Origin: an uncultured archaeon
GTDB taxonomy: Archaea; Altiarchaeota; Altiarchaeia; IMC4; SCGC-AAA252-I15
Assembly: GCA_964587725.1 (NCBI GenBank)
Contig: CAZPLO010000001.1
Coordinates: forward strand, 64,001 to 128,000
DNA: 64,000 nucleotides
Reading direction: 5' to 3'
How positions within the stretch are numbered: position 1 is the stretch's first letter; each line of letters opens with the position of its first letter. Both the position numbers and the translations under genes were made by a program. The notes under the pieces are model-generated. The model was not told the origin of the DNA. It saw nothing but the letters and a program-made list of their open reading frames with translations, and searched no databases. Of this stretch, positions 30,522-42,009 are shown piece after piece.

Positions 30522-30612
30522 ACATCACCTGTTTTTATCCTCATAAAAAATCAGGAATATGTTATTGGTTTGTTTGTATATAAAAATGTGTGGGAAACGA
30601 TGGGTTTGGCTG

Positions 30613-31071
30613 TTACTCTATGCTCACCTGCCTGCCGGCGGGGCCCTCCTCCACACGCTTCAACGTGACCTCCAGGACCCCGTTGTTGTATTTGGCCACC
30701 GCAGACTCCGGAACCACCCTGCATGAGAGTTTCACGTCCTTGCTGTACTTCCTGAAAGGCGTGTCCACGCTTATGAACACGCTCTCCACGCTGGAACGCA
30801 GGTCGATGTCCTCTTTCTCGACGCCCGGCAGCTCCACAATCACCGACACCGAATCAAACTTCTCTATCACGTCCGTCACCGGCTCCATGTAGCCTGCGAC
30901 GCCGTAGGGGCTGACGTTGCCGAACTCCTCCAGCAGCGGGCTGCCGTCGCGGCCGAAACGCAGGGTGAACCCATAGACGTAAGGGCCGCCGAAGCCTGGC
31001 CTCCCAGCCACGGCCTTGGCTTCCTCGAACATCTGCCTCACCCGTGAGTGGAAGCTTCCGTAGTCCATCAT
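30613..31071 (-). CDS. hsp20: Small heat-shock protein Hsp20
   Basis: GPYVYGF..G.DG.P..EFGNV, ELPGVEKEDI, AKYNNGVLEV. Confidence 0.92.
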   Translation of the reverse strand: MMDYGSFHSRVRQMFEEAKAVAGRPGFGGPYVYGFTLRFGRDGSPLLEEFGNVSPYGVAGYMEPVTDVIEKFDSVSVIVELPGVEKEDIDLRSSVESVFISVDTPFRKYSKDVKLSCRVVPESAVAKYNNGVLEVTLKRVEEGPAGRQVSIE

Positions 31072-31078
31072 ATCCTAT

Positions 31079-31984
31079 TTAGTTTGACAGTATTTTAAAC
31101 AGCTCCCGCGGAGACTTAATCTCCGACAGCTCCTCCGGAGTCAACACGGAAGTCTCGGACTTAACCCTGCGCTCGCTCACACACAACGTGTACCCTCCTA
31201 TGAGCCCTGAAACCTCGTCGAGGACGGAGAGCTTGGCCTTCAGCCGCCTCCAGTCGTTGCTGACAACGCTGAACACGCTCTCCTCAGTGCGGGCGACCAC
31301 ATCGAACGGGGCATTTGTCAAGGTCGTCCTGAAGCCTATACTCCGGAAACTCCTGCAGGCCTCCCTTTTCAATCTGGTGAGTTTGCCTGAGTCGGATGTA
31401 GACTGCACTTGAGAGTCAAATGACAAATGAAACTCCGGCTCCAGCAAGTCAGTCTCCAGCAGGCCCGCGAGACGCTCGAACACCTCCAAACTCATCCTGC
31501 CCGACCGCTCATACCTGTAGACTGACTGCTTCGACACCCCCAGCTTCTCAGCCAATGAACCCTGAGTCAACCCCCTCCTACCCCGGGCGTCGGCCAGCAT
31601 GCAGCCGTTAATGCGGACGCAGTAGTTGCCGCGGGTGGAGTACACCTTCGGCGCAGCATCGTTTGCTATTTTGTTGAACGTCGACAGATTGCTGGCGTAG
31701 ACTCCATAACGGTCGTATACGACGTCCTCGGCCAGTTTGGAGTTTTTCATGTGCTCCGCCACCACCAGCGGCGAGCCGCCGAGTATGCCGCTCACCCTCT
31801 TCAGCTCGTCGGCTGCCTGACGACTCAAACCCTCAAGGTTAGCCAGCACCTTCACCAGCAACAGGGTTTCCCCACGTTTGGCTAATACGTCGAAGCTGCT
31901 CCGCTGCCCCCTGCAGTCCACGACCTCAAAACCGGACCCAAGCAACCATTTGGCCACCGAATCCACTAAATCGGATTTAAACAT
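31079..31984 (-). CDS. Archaeal HTH transcriptional regulator (COG1395-like)
   Basis: FDVLAKR..LLVKVL.N, RGNYCVRING, LT..SLAEKLGVSKQSVYRYE. Confidence 0.85.
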   Translation of the reverse strand: MFKSDLVDSVAKWLLGSGFEVVDCRGQRSSFDVLAKRGETLLLVKVLANLEGLSRQAADELKRVSGILGGSPLVVAEHMKNSKLAEDVVYDRYGVYASNLSTFNKIANDAAPKVYSTRGNYCVRINGCMLADARGRRGLTQGSLAEKLGVSKQSVYRYERSGRMSLEVFERLAGLLETDLLEPEFHLSFDSQVQSTSDSGKLTRLKREACRSFRSIGFRTTLTNAPFDVVARTEESVFSVVSNDWRRLKAKLSVLDEVSGLIGGYTLCVSERRVKSETSVLTPEELSEIKSPRELFKILSN

Positions 31985-31988
31985 CTTT

Positions 31989-33377
31989 TTATCTGATGAA
32001 ACGGTCGTGGAGGGCGTTGACCACACCACCCACATCCTTAGACTCCACCACGAATGCTATGTTCACTTCGCTGGAGCCCTGAGCAATCATTATCAAATTG
32101 ACTTCAGCCTCGGCCACCGTGCCGAACACCTTCGCGGCAACGCCCTTCGTACCCTGCATGCCGGCGCCGACGACGGTGACTATGGCCACGTCCTCCATCA
32201 CCGAAATGTTCTTCAGGAAGTCGTTGGTGAACACCTCAGCCAGCAACTCCATCGCAATATCCACGTCCGACTCGGATATGACGAAACTCAGGTTGCTCTC
32301 GCTGGACCCGGATATCATGATGATGTTTATGTTCCCGTCTCCGAGGACGGAAAACACCCTCCCCGCGATGTTGGGTGTCTCAGCCATGCCCACTCCCTCC
32401 AGGTTCACTATGACAACGTCCTTGGCGATGGCCACCGCCTTAATAATCCCTTTTATCTTCTTCTGCTTCTGAACAATCAAGGTTCCATCCACGTCGGGGT
32501 TGAATGTGTTCTTGACCCTGACTGGAATCCGAACCCTCATGGCGGGCTCGATCATCTTGCTGTGTATGACCTTCGCCCCGAAGTACGCCAGGTCCATGGC
32601 TTCGGCGTAGGACAGCTCAGGAATCAACTTGGCCTCCTCCACAACCCTCGGGTCAGTGGTCAGTATGCCGTCGACGTCGGTCCAAATCTGAACCTCCTCC
32701 GCCTTCAGATAATTACCCAATAGTGAGGCGGTGTAGTCGCTGCCCCCCCGACCCAGAGTGGTTATGGTACCCTTCTCGTCCGCGGCGACGAAGCCCGTCA
32801 CAACCGGGGTCTCCTTCTTAAGCATCTTACCCAACACTTCGTTAACCTTTTTCTTGGATTTGCTGTGGAGGGGATGCGCCCTGCCGAAACAAAAGTCGGT
32901 TATGATGCCCGCCTCGAACCCGGTCATGGGAGACGACTTAACGCCGAGTGAATTCAACGCCCCAGCCACCACCAGCACGTTCAGCCTCTCGCCGAACGAC
33001 ATGATGTAGTCGAGGCTCTTCAAACTCAAGTCTTCCAGGTAGCCGACACCCAGCAAAGCCACCCGCAGTTTCTCAATCAACTCCAGCGACTCGCTCAACA
33101 CCTTGCCCCGGAGCGCCTTCTTGGTAACAGCCTTCATGATGGCCTTGCGCTGCTGCATGGAGAGCTCCCTGCAGAATCCGTCTACCTCCCGCTCCACAAC
33201 GGTGTTAGGCAACTCGGTGACGGAGCACGCAATCTTAATCAGCTTATCCGTGACGCCGGACATGGCGGAAACAACAACCACCTTATTCCTCTTCTCAGCC
33301 TTCACCAGCTTCGCAACGTTGAGTATACGCTCCCCGTCGGCAACCGACGTGCCCCCGAACTTCATAACAACGACCAT
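31989..33377 (-). CDS. lysC: Aspartate kinase
   Basis: VMKFGGTSV, TTLGRGGSDYTA, WTDVDG, two ACT domains. Confidence 0.95.
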   Translation of the reverse strand: MVVVMKFGGTSVADGERILNVAKLVKAEKRNKVVVVSAMSGVTDKLIKIACSVTELPNTVVEREVDGFCRELSMQQRKAIMKAVTKKALRGKVLSESLELIEKLRVALLGVGYLEDLSLKSLDYIMSFGERLNVLVVAGALNSLGVKSSPMTGFEAGIITDFCFGRAHPLHSKSKKKVNEVLGKMLKKETPVVTGFVAADEKGTITTLGRGGSDYTASLLGNYLKAEEVQIWTDVDGILTTDPRVVEEAKLIPELSYAEAMDLAYFGAKVIHSKMIEPAMRVRIPVRVKNTFNPDVDGTLIVQKQKKIKGIIKAVAIAKDVVIVNLEGVGMAETPNIAGRVFSVLGDGNINIIMISGSSESNLSFVISESDVDIAMELLAEVFTNDFLKNISVMEDVAIVTVVGAGMQGTKGVAAKVFGTVAEAEVNLIMIAQGSSEVNIAFVVESKDVGGVVNALHDRFIR

Positions 33378-33435
33378 CGTAGAAACAATAGTGTAGAAAA
33401 ACTATAAAAAGCAGAGTAGAAGCCGAAAACCACAT

Positions 33436-33553
33436 GTGGTGGCGGCCTGTAGCCCACGAACCGTCACGCGAAGTAGCCTTCGGCTACTAGCGTTCCAAGA
33501 CGGATTACGTCTTGCGGACGCCGGTTCACGGGCGGGGCGCATACCGCTACCGC
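33436..33553. repeat. Structured ~120-nt element beginning with a 17-nt copy of the RNase P RNA 3' end
   Basis: GTGGTGGCGGCCTGTAG at 33436-33452 equals 33622-33638; nested hairpins; closing helix with 33544-33553. Confidence 0.7.
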
Positions 33554-33623
33554 GGCATGCACCTGAGAACGCTAATGAACACATGCACCAACATATACCG
33601 GACAAAACAATCTAGGATGAGGT

Positions 33624-33975
33624 GGTGGCGGCCTGTAGTCCGCCTTAGGTCGGCTTTCCGCGGCGTAATGCGCGCACACTGCCGTCCAGGCATTCTTCTA
33701 AGCGCCGGGTTTACGGCTTGCACCAGATGCGGGACGACACCCGTCTCACACAGCACCCAAGCAACTCCCCCAAAGGTTCACCGTTGGCGCCTGAATGCCT
33801 CTCGTCTCTATACCGCCGTCCAGGCGCTCACACGCCCTCTCGCACAATACCTGGTGGGCGGAACTTCCTCAGAACCTTTTTACAAAAGGTTCACGAAAAG
33901 GTGCCATCTTCGGCTGCGCCTCGATGACACTTAACGTGAGCCCTTTCGGCTCCGTAGGCCTGGCCGGCCGCCACC
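33624..33975 (-). ncRNA. rnpB: RNase P RNA
   Basis: GAGGAAGUUCCGCCCACC (CR-I), GGUGCAAGCC..GCGCUUAG..GAAUG, GGCGGACUA; P1 GGUGGCGGCC/GGCCGCCACC; P2 CCAGGC/GCCUGG; TATA-like TTTTTATA about 25 nt upstream. Confidence 0.9.
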
Positions 33976-34009
33976 AACAAAAGATAGGGCAGAACGAGTA
34001 TAAAAACGT

Positions 34010-34198
34010 TCACCCAGGGGTCCGCCAGCGGTCGCAGTGCCGCATACAGATGAGCGGAAGGTTACTGGAGGTAATCTCGTGGCCGAGCATCAGAAACTTC
34101 CTGCACAGATTCGACATCGGCTTCCGGTCCCGCCTGTGATAGGCTCTGTAGTATTCCATGTCGCACTCCCGTATGTGCTCCACAACATCCGCTTCCAT
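34010..34198 (-). CDS. Small Cys-rich protein (paralog of 34204-34395)
   Basis: EHIRECD..KP..NLCR..L.LG..PL.C..C.RW shared with the neighbouring ORF. Confidence 0.7.
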   Translation of the reverse strand: MEADVVEHIRECDMEYYRAYHRRDRKPMSNLCRKFLMLGHEITSSNLPLICMRHCDRWRTPG

Positions 34199-34203
34199 TT
34201 TAT

Positions 34204-34395
34204 TCACCCTAGGTTGAGGCCCCAGCGGCTGCAGAACTGGATGCACACCAGGGGCATGTCGTCCGACATCAAGTCGAACCCCAGATTCAGCAGCTCCCTG
34301 CAGAGGTTGTTTTCAGGCTTGCTGTTCCTGCACAGGCAGTTGTGTTCGTACTGCCGGTCGCACTCCCGTATGTGCTCCAAAACCCTGTCGTCCAT
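34204..34395 (-). CDS. Small Cys-rich protein (paralog of 34010-34198)
   Basis: Same motif; tight spacing to both neighbours. Confidence 0.7.
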   Translation of the reverse strand: MDDRVLEHIRECDRQYEHNCLCRNSKPENNLCRELLNLGFDLMSDDMPLVCIQFCSRWGLNLG

Positions 34396-34396
34396 T

Positions 34397-34540
34397 TCAC
34401 GTCACGCTCTGCGCCAAGGCCACGGCCAGCATAAGAGCCAGCACGGTGAGGATCTGGACCACCTCCGCGGCGGTCGACGGCATGGGCTCAAAATCAAGTG
34501 AAATGTCGGCCGCCGGCCTGACAACGGTTGTCGCCGCCAT
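34397..34540 (-). CDS. 47-aa membrane peptide
   Basis: GGAGGTGA RBS 6 nt before ATG; MAATTVVRPAADISLDFEPMPSTAAEVVQILTVLALMLAVALAQSVT. Confidence 0.6.
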   Translation of the reverse strand: MAATTVVRPAADISLDFEPMPSTAAEVVQILTVLALMLAVALAQSVT

Positions 34541-34699
34541 AGTCCATCACCTCCAATATGGATTCTAACGTCCCATAAAAAGAAGACAATAACAGGATAG
34601 GGGTAAAATAGGGTTAAGGTGGTGTAAACGGCGGTTAGAAGGTAAGGTTAAGGTGGTGTGGGAGGAGCCTTCGAACACTTGGCTTGTCGCCAAAGAACA

Positions 34700-37553
<2,854 letters not shown>

Positions 37554-37726
37554 GCTCTTTGTAGCGAGCCAATTGCTCGAAAAACCACTTCCAATACCCC
37601 CACGTAGGGGGCACATTCCGTGGCTCTCCTCCTACACCACCTCAAAAATTGAGACTGAAAACGCTCAACCAAAAGGTTTCTCCATACCCAGCGTGCGCCG
37701 GATACTTCAAGCTACATCACCAAATG

Positions 37727-37857
37727 AAAAGGTGAACGTGATTATCGACCGAAGAGCGGTCGGATGATGCCGTCGAAGACGGCGAATGTGTATACCTTTC
37801 AGTGTCATCGAGCGTAAGCGAAGATGACACCTTTCGCAGGCCTTTCTTAAAGGCCTT
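37727..37857. repeat. Hairpin cassette in the ITS next to tRNA-Ala
   Basis: CGACCG/CGGTCG, GCCGTC-GAA-GACGGC, GTGTCATC..GATGACAC, AGGCCTTT/AAAGGCCT. Confidence 0.6.
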
Positions 37858-37931
37858 TGGACTCGTCGGGATTTGAACCCGAGGCCTCCCGCGTGCAAGG
37901 CGGACGATCTACCGGACTGATCTACGAGCCC
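37858..37931 (-). tRNA. tRNA-Ala(UGC)
   Basis: GGGCTCG acceptor stem with G3:U70, anticodon loop CTTGCAC, GGTTCAAATCC. Confidence 0.95.
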
Positions 37932-38057
37932 GTGCTCCTGGATTCATCACCCCAAACGGGTCTAATGAATGTTTTGGTTCGAACAGCTGGAGTTTTAGCC
38001 CCCGTGTGCAGTATGCACATGATTCCACTTCCGTGAAGCAAACCAGAGTGGTTTGCT

Positions 38058-39545
38058 TGGAGGTGATCCAGCCGCAGATTCCCCTACGGCTACCTTGTTA
38101 CGACTTCACCCCCCTCGCGAACCAGAGATTCGACGCTTCCAAACGGAGGCGCCTCACCTCCAATCCACTCAGTTGGTGTGACGGGCGGTGTGTGCAAGGA
38201 ACAGGGACATATTCACCGCTGTATGATAAACAGCGATTACTAGGGATTTCAACTTCATGAGGGTGAATTGCAACCCTCAATCTGTACCAGGACGTGGTTT
38301 AGGGGATTAGCTCCACCTTTCGGCGTTGCAACCCATTGTCCACGCCATTGTATGCCGCGTGTAGCCCAGACGATTCGGAGCATACAGACCTACCGTCGCC
38401 CGCGCCTTCCTCAGACTCATCGCCTGCAGTCCCCCTATAGTGCTCCGCGAGTATCCTCGTGGTTAGCAAATAAGGGTACGGGTCTCGCTCGTTAACGGAC
38501 TTAACCGTACGCCTCACGGTACGAGCTGACGACGGCCATGCACTACCTCTCGGCTCCTTCGGCAAGACCTTCAGCCTGACCTTCATAGTGCCGTCGCGCC
38601 TGGTAAGTTTCCCGGCGTTTTATCCAATTGAACCGCAGCATCCACCCCTTGTGGTGTTCCCCCGCCAATTCCTTTAAGTTTCAGCCTTGCGACCGTACTC
38701 CCCAGGTGGCGGATTTAACGGTTTCCCTACAGCACTCCCCGAACACGAGGTTCAGGGAACACTAAATCCGCATCGTTTACGGCTAGGACTACCAGGGTAT
38801 CTAATCCTGTTCGCTCCCCTAGCTCTCGTGCCTCATCGTCAGGCCCGTTCCAGCGTGGCGCCTTCGCTACCGGTGGTCCTCCGGGGATTATAGCATTTCA
38901 CCGCTACCCCCAGAATACCCCACGCCTGCCCCGGCCTCAAGTCCAGTAGTATTTTCTGCAAGCCCCACGGTTAAGCCGCAGGATTTCACAGAAAACTTGC
39001 CGAACCGACTACGCACCCTCTAAACCCAGTAAACGTGATCACCACTTGAGCTGCTGGTATTACCGCGGAGGCTGGCACCAGTCTTACCCAGCCCTTATTC
39101 CCGGAGCTATTTACACTCCGTAAAAGCACACCTTGTAGGCGCGCACTTGGGGTCCCCTCGTCACGCTTACGCGCATTGCGAAGGTTTCGCGACTGCTGCG
39201 CTCCGTAGAGCCTGGACCCTTGTCTCAGTGTCCATCTCCCGGCTCCCACTCTCATGGCCGGTACGGATCTTGGCTACGGTAGGCCGTTACCCTACCGTCA
39301 GGCTAATCCACCGCAGACTCATCCTGTGGCGATGAACCGGATACAGGTTTTCTCGTTTAAGCGGCAGACATTCCAGTGCTTGCCGCCTATGGGATTTTGT
39401 CCTCAGTTTCCCGAGGTTATCTCCCTCCACAGGTTAGATTGTCCACGTGTTACTGAGCTGGCTGCCCGGACCTTAACCGTGTCCGAGACGTGCATGTCTT
39501 AAGCAGACCCCAATAGCAGTGACCTCGAGCAGGATCAACTCGAGT
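38058..39545 (-). rRNA. rrs: 16S rRNA
   Basis: 5' GTTGATCCTG, ATTAGATACCC, AAACTTAAAGGAATTGGCGG, AAGTCGTAACAAGG, 3' GATCACCTCC. Confidence 0.98.
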
Positions 39546-39843
39546 TACGTATCGATCGCAAACGGAATCGTGTTGCGTTCCAACTGCACACGGGTTTGGC
39601 TATTCCAGTGTTCGAACACATCGGACACGCCCTCTGCCGGGCACGTCGTCATAAATACCCCACAATGCCCATTGTATTCGACTCCGCGGGGTGCGTGAGC
39701 GCTACCCTGCTTCTGCGTCCAATAAACAGTCTGTGAGGCGATTCCAAATCAACGGTCTAACCCGCCCCTAAGCGGGGACCGCCTCATTACTTGGAAAACA
39801 ATGTGCACGAGAGAATTCGCGCGGACAGTATATAGGTATTACC

Positions 39844-39853
39844 TATATAAAAG
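39844..39853 (-). promoter_or_regulatory. Probable TATA box of the rRNA operon
   Basis: CTTTTATATA on the minus strand ~300 nt upstream of the 16S 5' end. Confidence 0.55.
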
Positions 39854-39864
39854 CCGTTACCAAA

Positions 39865-39945
39865 GGGCCGCGGGCGGAACGCTCACGACCTACGGTCGCT
39901 GCGCGTTGGCTTCTTCGAAGCCACCGTTTGAATCCGCGTCGCCGG
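39865..39945 (-). repeat. Copy of the tRNA-His 3' portion with a 47-nt hairpin insertion in the T-loop
   Basis: 39865-39879 plus 39927-39945 are identical to 39955-39988; insert at 39880-39926. Confidence 0.9.
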
Positions 39946-39955
39946 GGTTAAGGTG

Positions 39956-40051
39956 GGCCGCGGGCGGAATTTGAATCCGCGTCGCCGGATCGCTGCATTT
40001 CGGTTGAAACGCCACAGTCCAGTAGGATAACCAGGCTACCCCACCGCGGCC
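39956..40051 (-). tRNA. tRNA-His(GUG) with encoded G-1 and a 21-nt intron at 37/38 (39991-40011)
   Basis: G-GCCGCGG/CCGCGGC-C acceptor; CT GTG G loop; strict BHB CUGU/GCAG with bulges GG|C and CG|A. Confidence 0.93.
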
Positions 40052-40070
40052 ATTTTGTCTGTATTTGTGA

Positions 40071-40148
40071 GGTGCGTGTCCCCGGAGGGGACACCCGCGG
40101 AGCGTGTGAACGGAGCTAGCCGTTCCCAGGCTGCACCACCGCGGCCAT
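40071..40148 (-). repeat. Copy of the tRNA-His 5' portion followed by a hairpin cassette
   Basis: 40126-40148 matches 40031-40053 at 21/23 nt; hairpins GAACGG/CCGTTC and GTGTCCCC-GGA-GGGGACAC. Confidence 0.8.
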
Positions 40149-40189
40149 GTTGAGTGGGTATTTAATAGGGGGATTTTGAATAAAAGAGT

Positions 40190-40441
40190 TTACTCCATCA
40201 GCTCCAGCGCTTCCCTACCAGTCATCCCTGTTTTGACGCCCAATTCTCCTGCTTTGGTAGTGCAGGCTTTGACTTCCGCCTCCAACGCATCTTCGGCTGT
40301 TTTAACGCCTGTTACAACACAGGCTGCGTCCCCAAGTTTCTCCGCTGCTTCAAGATTCAGGTAGCCGCACATGACGTAGCCTTGACGGGCTTTCACCAGC
40401 ACCAGGTTCGCGTTCTGCAGTTCAATAACGTACTCGTTCAT
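40190..40441 (-). CDS. YunC/DUF1805 family protein
   Basis: GYVMCGYL, A..VTGVKT, GMTGREAL. Confidence 0.85.
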   Translation of the reverse strand: MNEYVIELQNANLVLVKARQGYVMCGYLNLEAAEKLGDAACVVTGVKTAEDALEAEVKACTTKAGELGVKTGMTGREALELME

Positions 40442-41289
40442 CCGCCCTTCACCTTCCGTTGGGTCACCATGGTGCCGGTTCCGGTGGTGGTGAGTATCTC
40501 CTCCAGTATCGCGTGCCTGCTCGCCTTCACGATGTGGGTTCGTTCCACGCCGTTGTTAAGCGCATGTATGCATGCCTTCAGCTTAGGAATCATGCCGCCG
40601 ACCACCGTCTTGTTTTTGATCAGCTTCCTCGCCTCCGCAACCGTCAGGCGCTTCACCAGCTTCTTTTTCCTGTCCAACACTCCCTGGACGTTGGTTAACA
40701 CAATCAGCTTACTCGCCTTCAATGAGGCGGCTAGTTCGCTGGCGGCGGTGTCTGCGTTGATGTTCAACGACTCGCCGCGCCCGGACAAACAGATGGGCGA
40801 TATGACTGGGATGAAATTGTTTTCCAGCTGCGTTGACACAATCTTCGGGTTCACCTTTTTGATGTCGCCTACGAGGCCCAGGTCGACTTTGCCCTTCTGG
40901 CGGACGCCTTCGAACAAACACCCGGATTTGCCGGACAAACCGACGGCACTGCCTCCGTGCTTGTGTATTCGTGAGACGAGTTGTTGGTTGACTTTCCCTG
41001 TCAACACCATCTCCACGATGTCCATGGTCTCCGCGTCTGTTACCCGGAGGCCCTTCACGAACTTAGGCTTCTTCCCGAACCGCTCCATGGCATCGGATAT
41101 TTCGACGCCGCCTCCGTGGACTATCACCGGCTTGATGCCAAGGGTGTTCAGGAATATGAGGTCTTGGGCGACGGAGTCTATCACATCCTCGTCCAACAGC
41201 GTCTCCCCGCCCAACTTTATAACGAAGACCTGGCCCTTGAATTTCCGTATGTATTCTATGGCCTTAACCAGGATTTCAGCCCGCTTCAT
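40438..41289 (-). CDS. argB: Acetylglutamate kinase
   Basis: VIKLGG, VHGGG, GLRVTD, NINADTAA, GGMIPK. Confidence 0.95.
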   Translation of the reverse strand: MKRAEILVKAIEYIRKFKGQVFVIKLGGETLLDEDVIDSVAQDLIFLNTLGIKPVIVHGGGVEISDAMERFGKKPKFVKGLRVTDAETMDIVEMVLTGKVNQQLVSRIHKHGGSAVGLSGKSGCLFEGVRQKGKVDLGLVGDIKKVNPKIVSTQLENNFIPVISPICLSGRGESLNINADTAASELAASLKASKLIVLTNVQGVLDRKKKLVKRLTVAEARKLIKNKTVVGGMIPKLKACIHALNNGVERTHIVKASRHAILEEILTTTGTGTMVTQRKVKGG

Positions 41290-41360
41290 CTCGGAAATTA
41301 TTGATTTTAAGGGTTAAAATAGCCCTATTTATATAGCGGCCTTTTAATGTAATACTCACG

Positions 41361-42008
41361 ATGTACATCATCATAGTCGGCTGCGGCAACATAGGGAAGT
41401 CGCTCGGCACACACCTGGTGGGGGAGGGACACGAGGTCGTCATCATAGAAAAAGACGGGGAGCGGGCGAAGTCGCTGGCCGACAGCATGGACGTCATCGT
41501 AATACACGGCGACGGCAGCAGCACAGACATTCTCAAGGATGCGGGCGTGGAGCGCGCCGACGCCGTGGCGGTATTGACTGAAGACGACAACACCAACCTG
41601 ACCATCTGCCAGATTCTGAAGAAATTCAACGTCCCCAAGATAGTCGCTAGGGTGAACGAACCGGACAAGAAGGACCTGTACATAGGCTTGGAGATAACCG
41701 CTTCCATCAGCATCGTATCCGCTGCCGTGAGCCAGATAAAGAACGCGTTGACTAAGGAGCGGGGCCGGAGCATGATGAGCATCGCCGGCGGAAACGCGGA
41801 AGTTATAGAAATCAAGCTTACCAACGACAAACTGGACGGTAAAAAAACCAAGGACATCGGCCTACCCTACGGCGCCCTCATAGGCGTCGTTTACAGGAAA
41901 GGGGAGGTCATCATCGGAACCGACGAGACCATACTGAAGACCGATGACGTCTTAACCATTATCACAAAAACAGAAGTGATACAGGACGTCACCACAATAC
42001 TGAAGTAA
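41361..42008 (+). CDS. trkA: TrkA-family K+ uptake regulatory protein
   Basis: IIVGCGNIG Rossmann motif, GDGS, RCK_C domain. Confidence 0.9.
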   Translation: MYIIIVGCGNIGKSLGTHLVGEGHEVVIIEKDGERAKSLADSMDVIVIHGDGSSTDILKDAGVERADAVAVLTEDDNTNLTICQILKKFNVPKIVARVNEPDKKDLYIGLEITASISIVSAAVSQIKNALTKERGRSMMSIAGGNAEVIEIKLTNDKLDGKKTKDIGLPYGALIGVVYRKGEVIIGTDETILKTDDVLTIITKTEVIQDVTTILK

Positions 42009-42009
42009 A

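Noticed and set aside
28506-30668. 720-aa and 399-aa plus-strand ORFs
   Set aside because: Mostly antisense shadows of the thermosome gene, expected with GC-rich codon bias
33436-33553. Possible 5S rRNA or SRP Alu domain
   Set aside because: Size and 5' GGCGGCC are suggestive, but CCGAAC, the loop E motifs and the SRP helix 8 motif are absent
39865-40148. Classical split or permuted tRNA, or prophage att site
   Set aside because: An intact tRNA-His is present, the fragments lack BHB motifs, and there is no integrase or cargo between the copies
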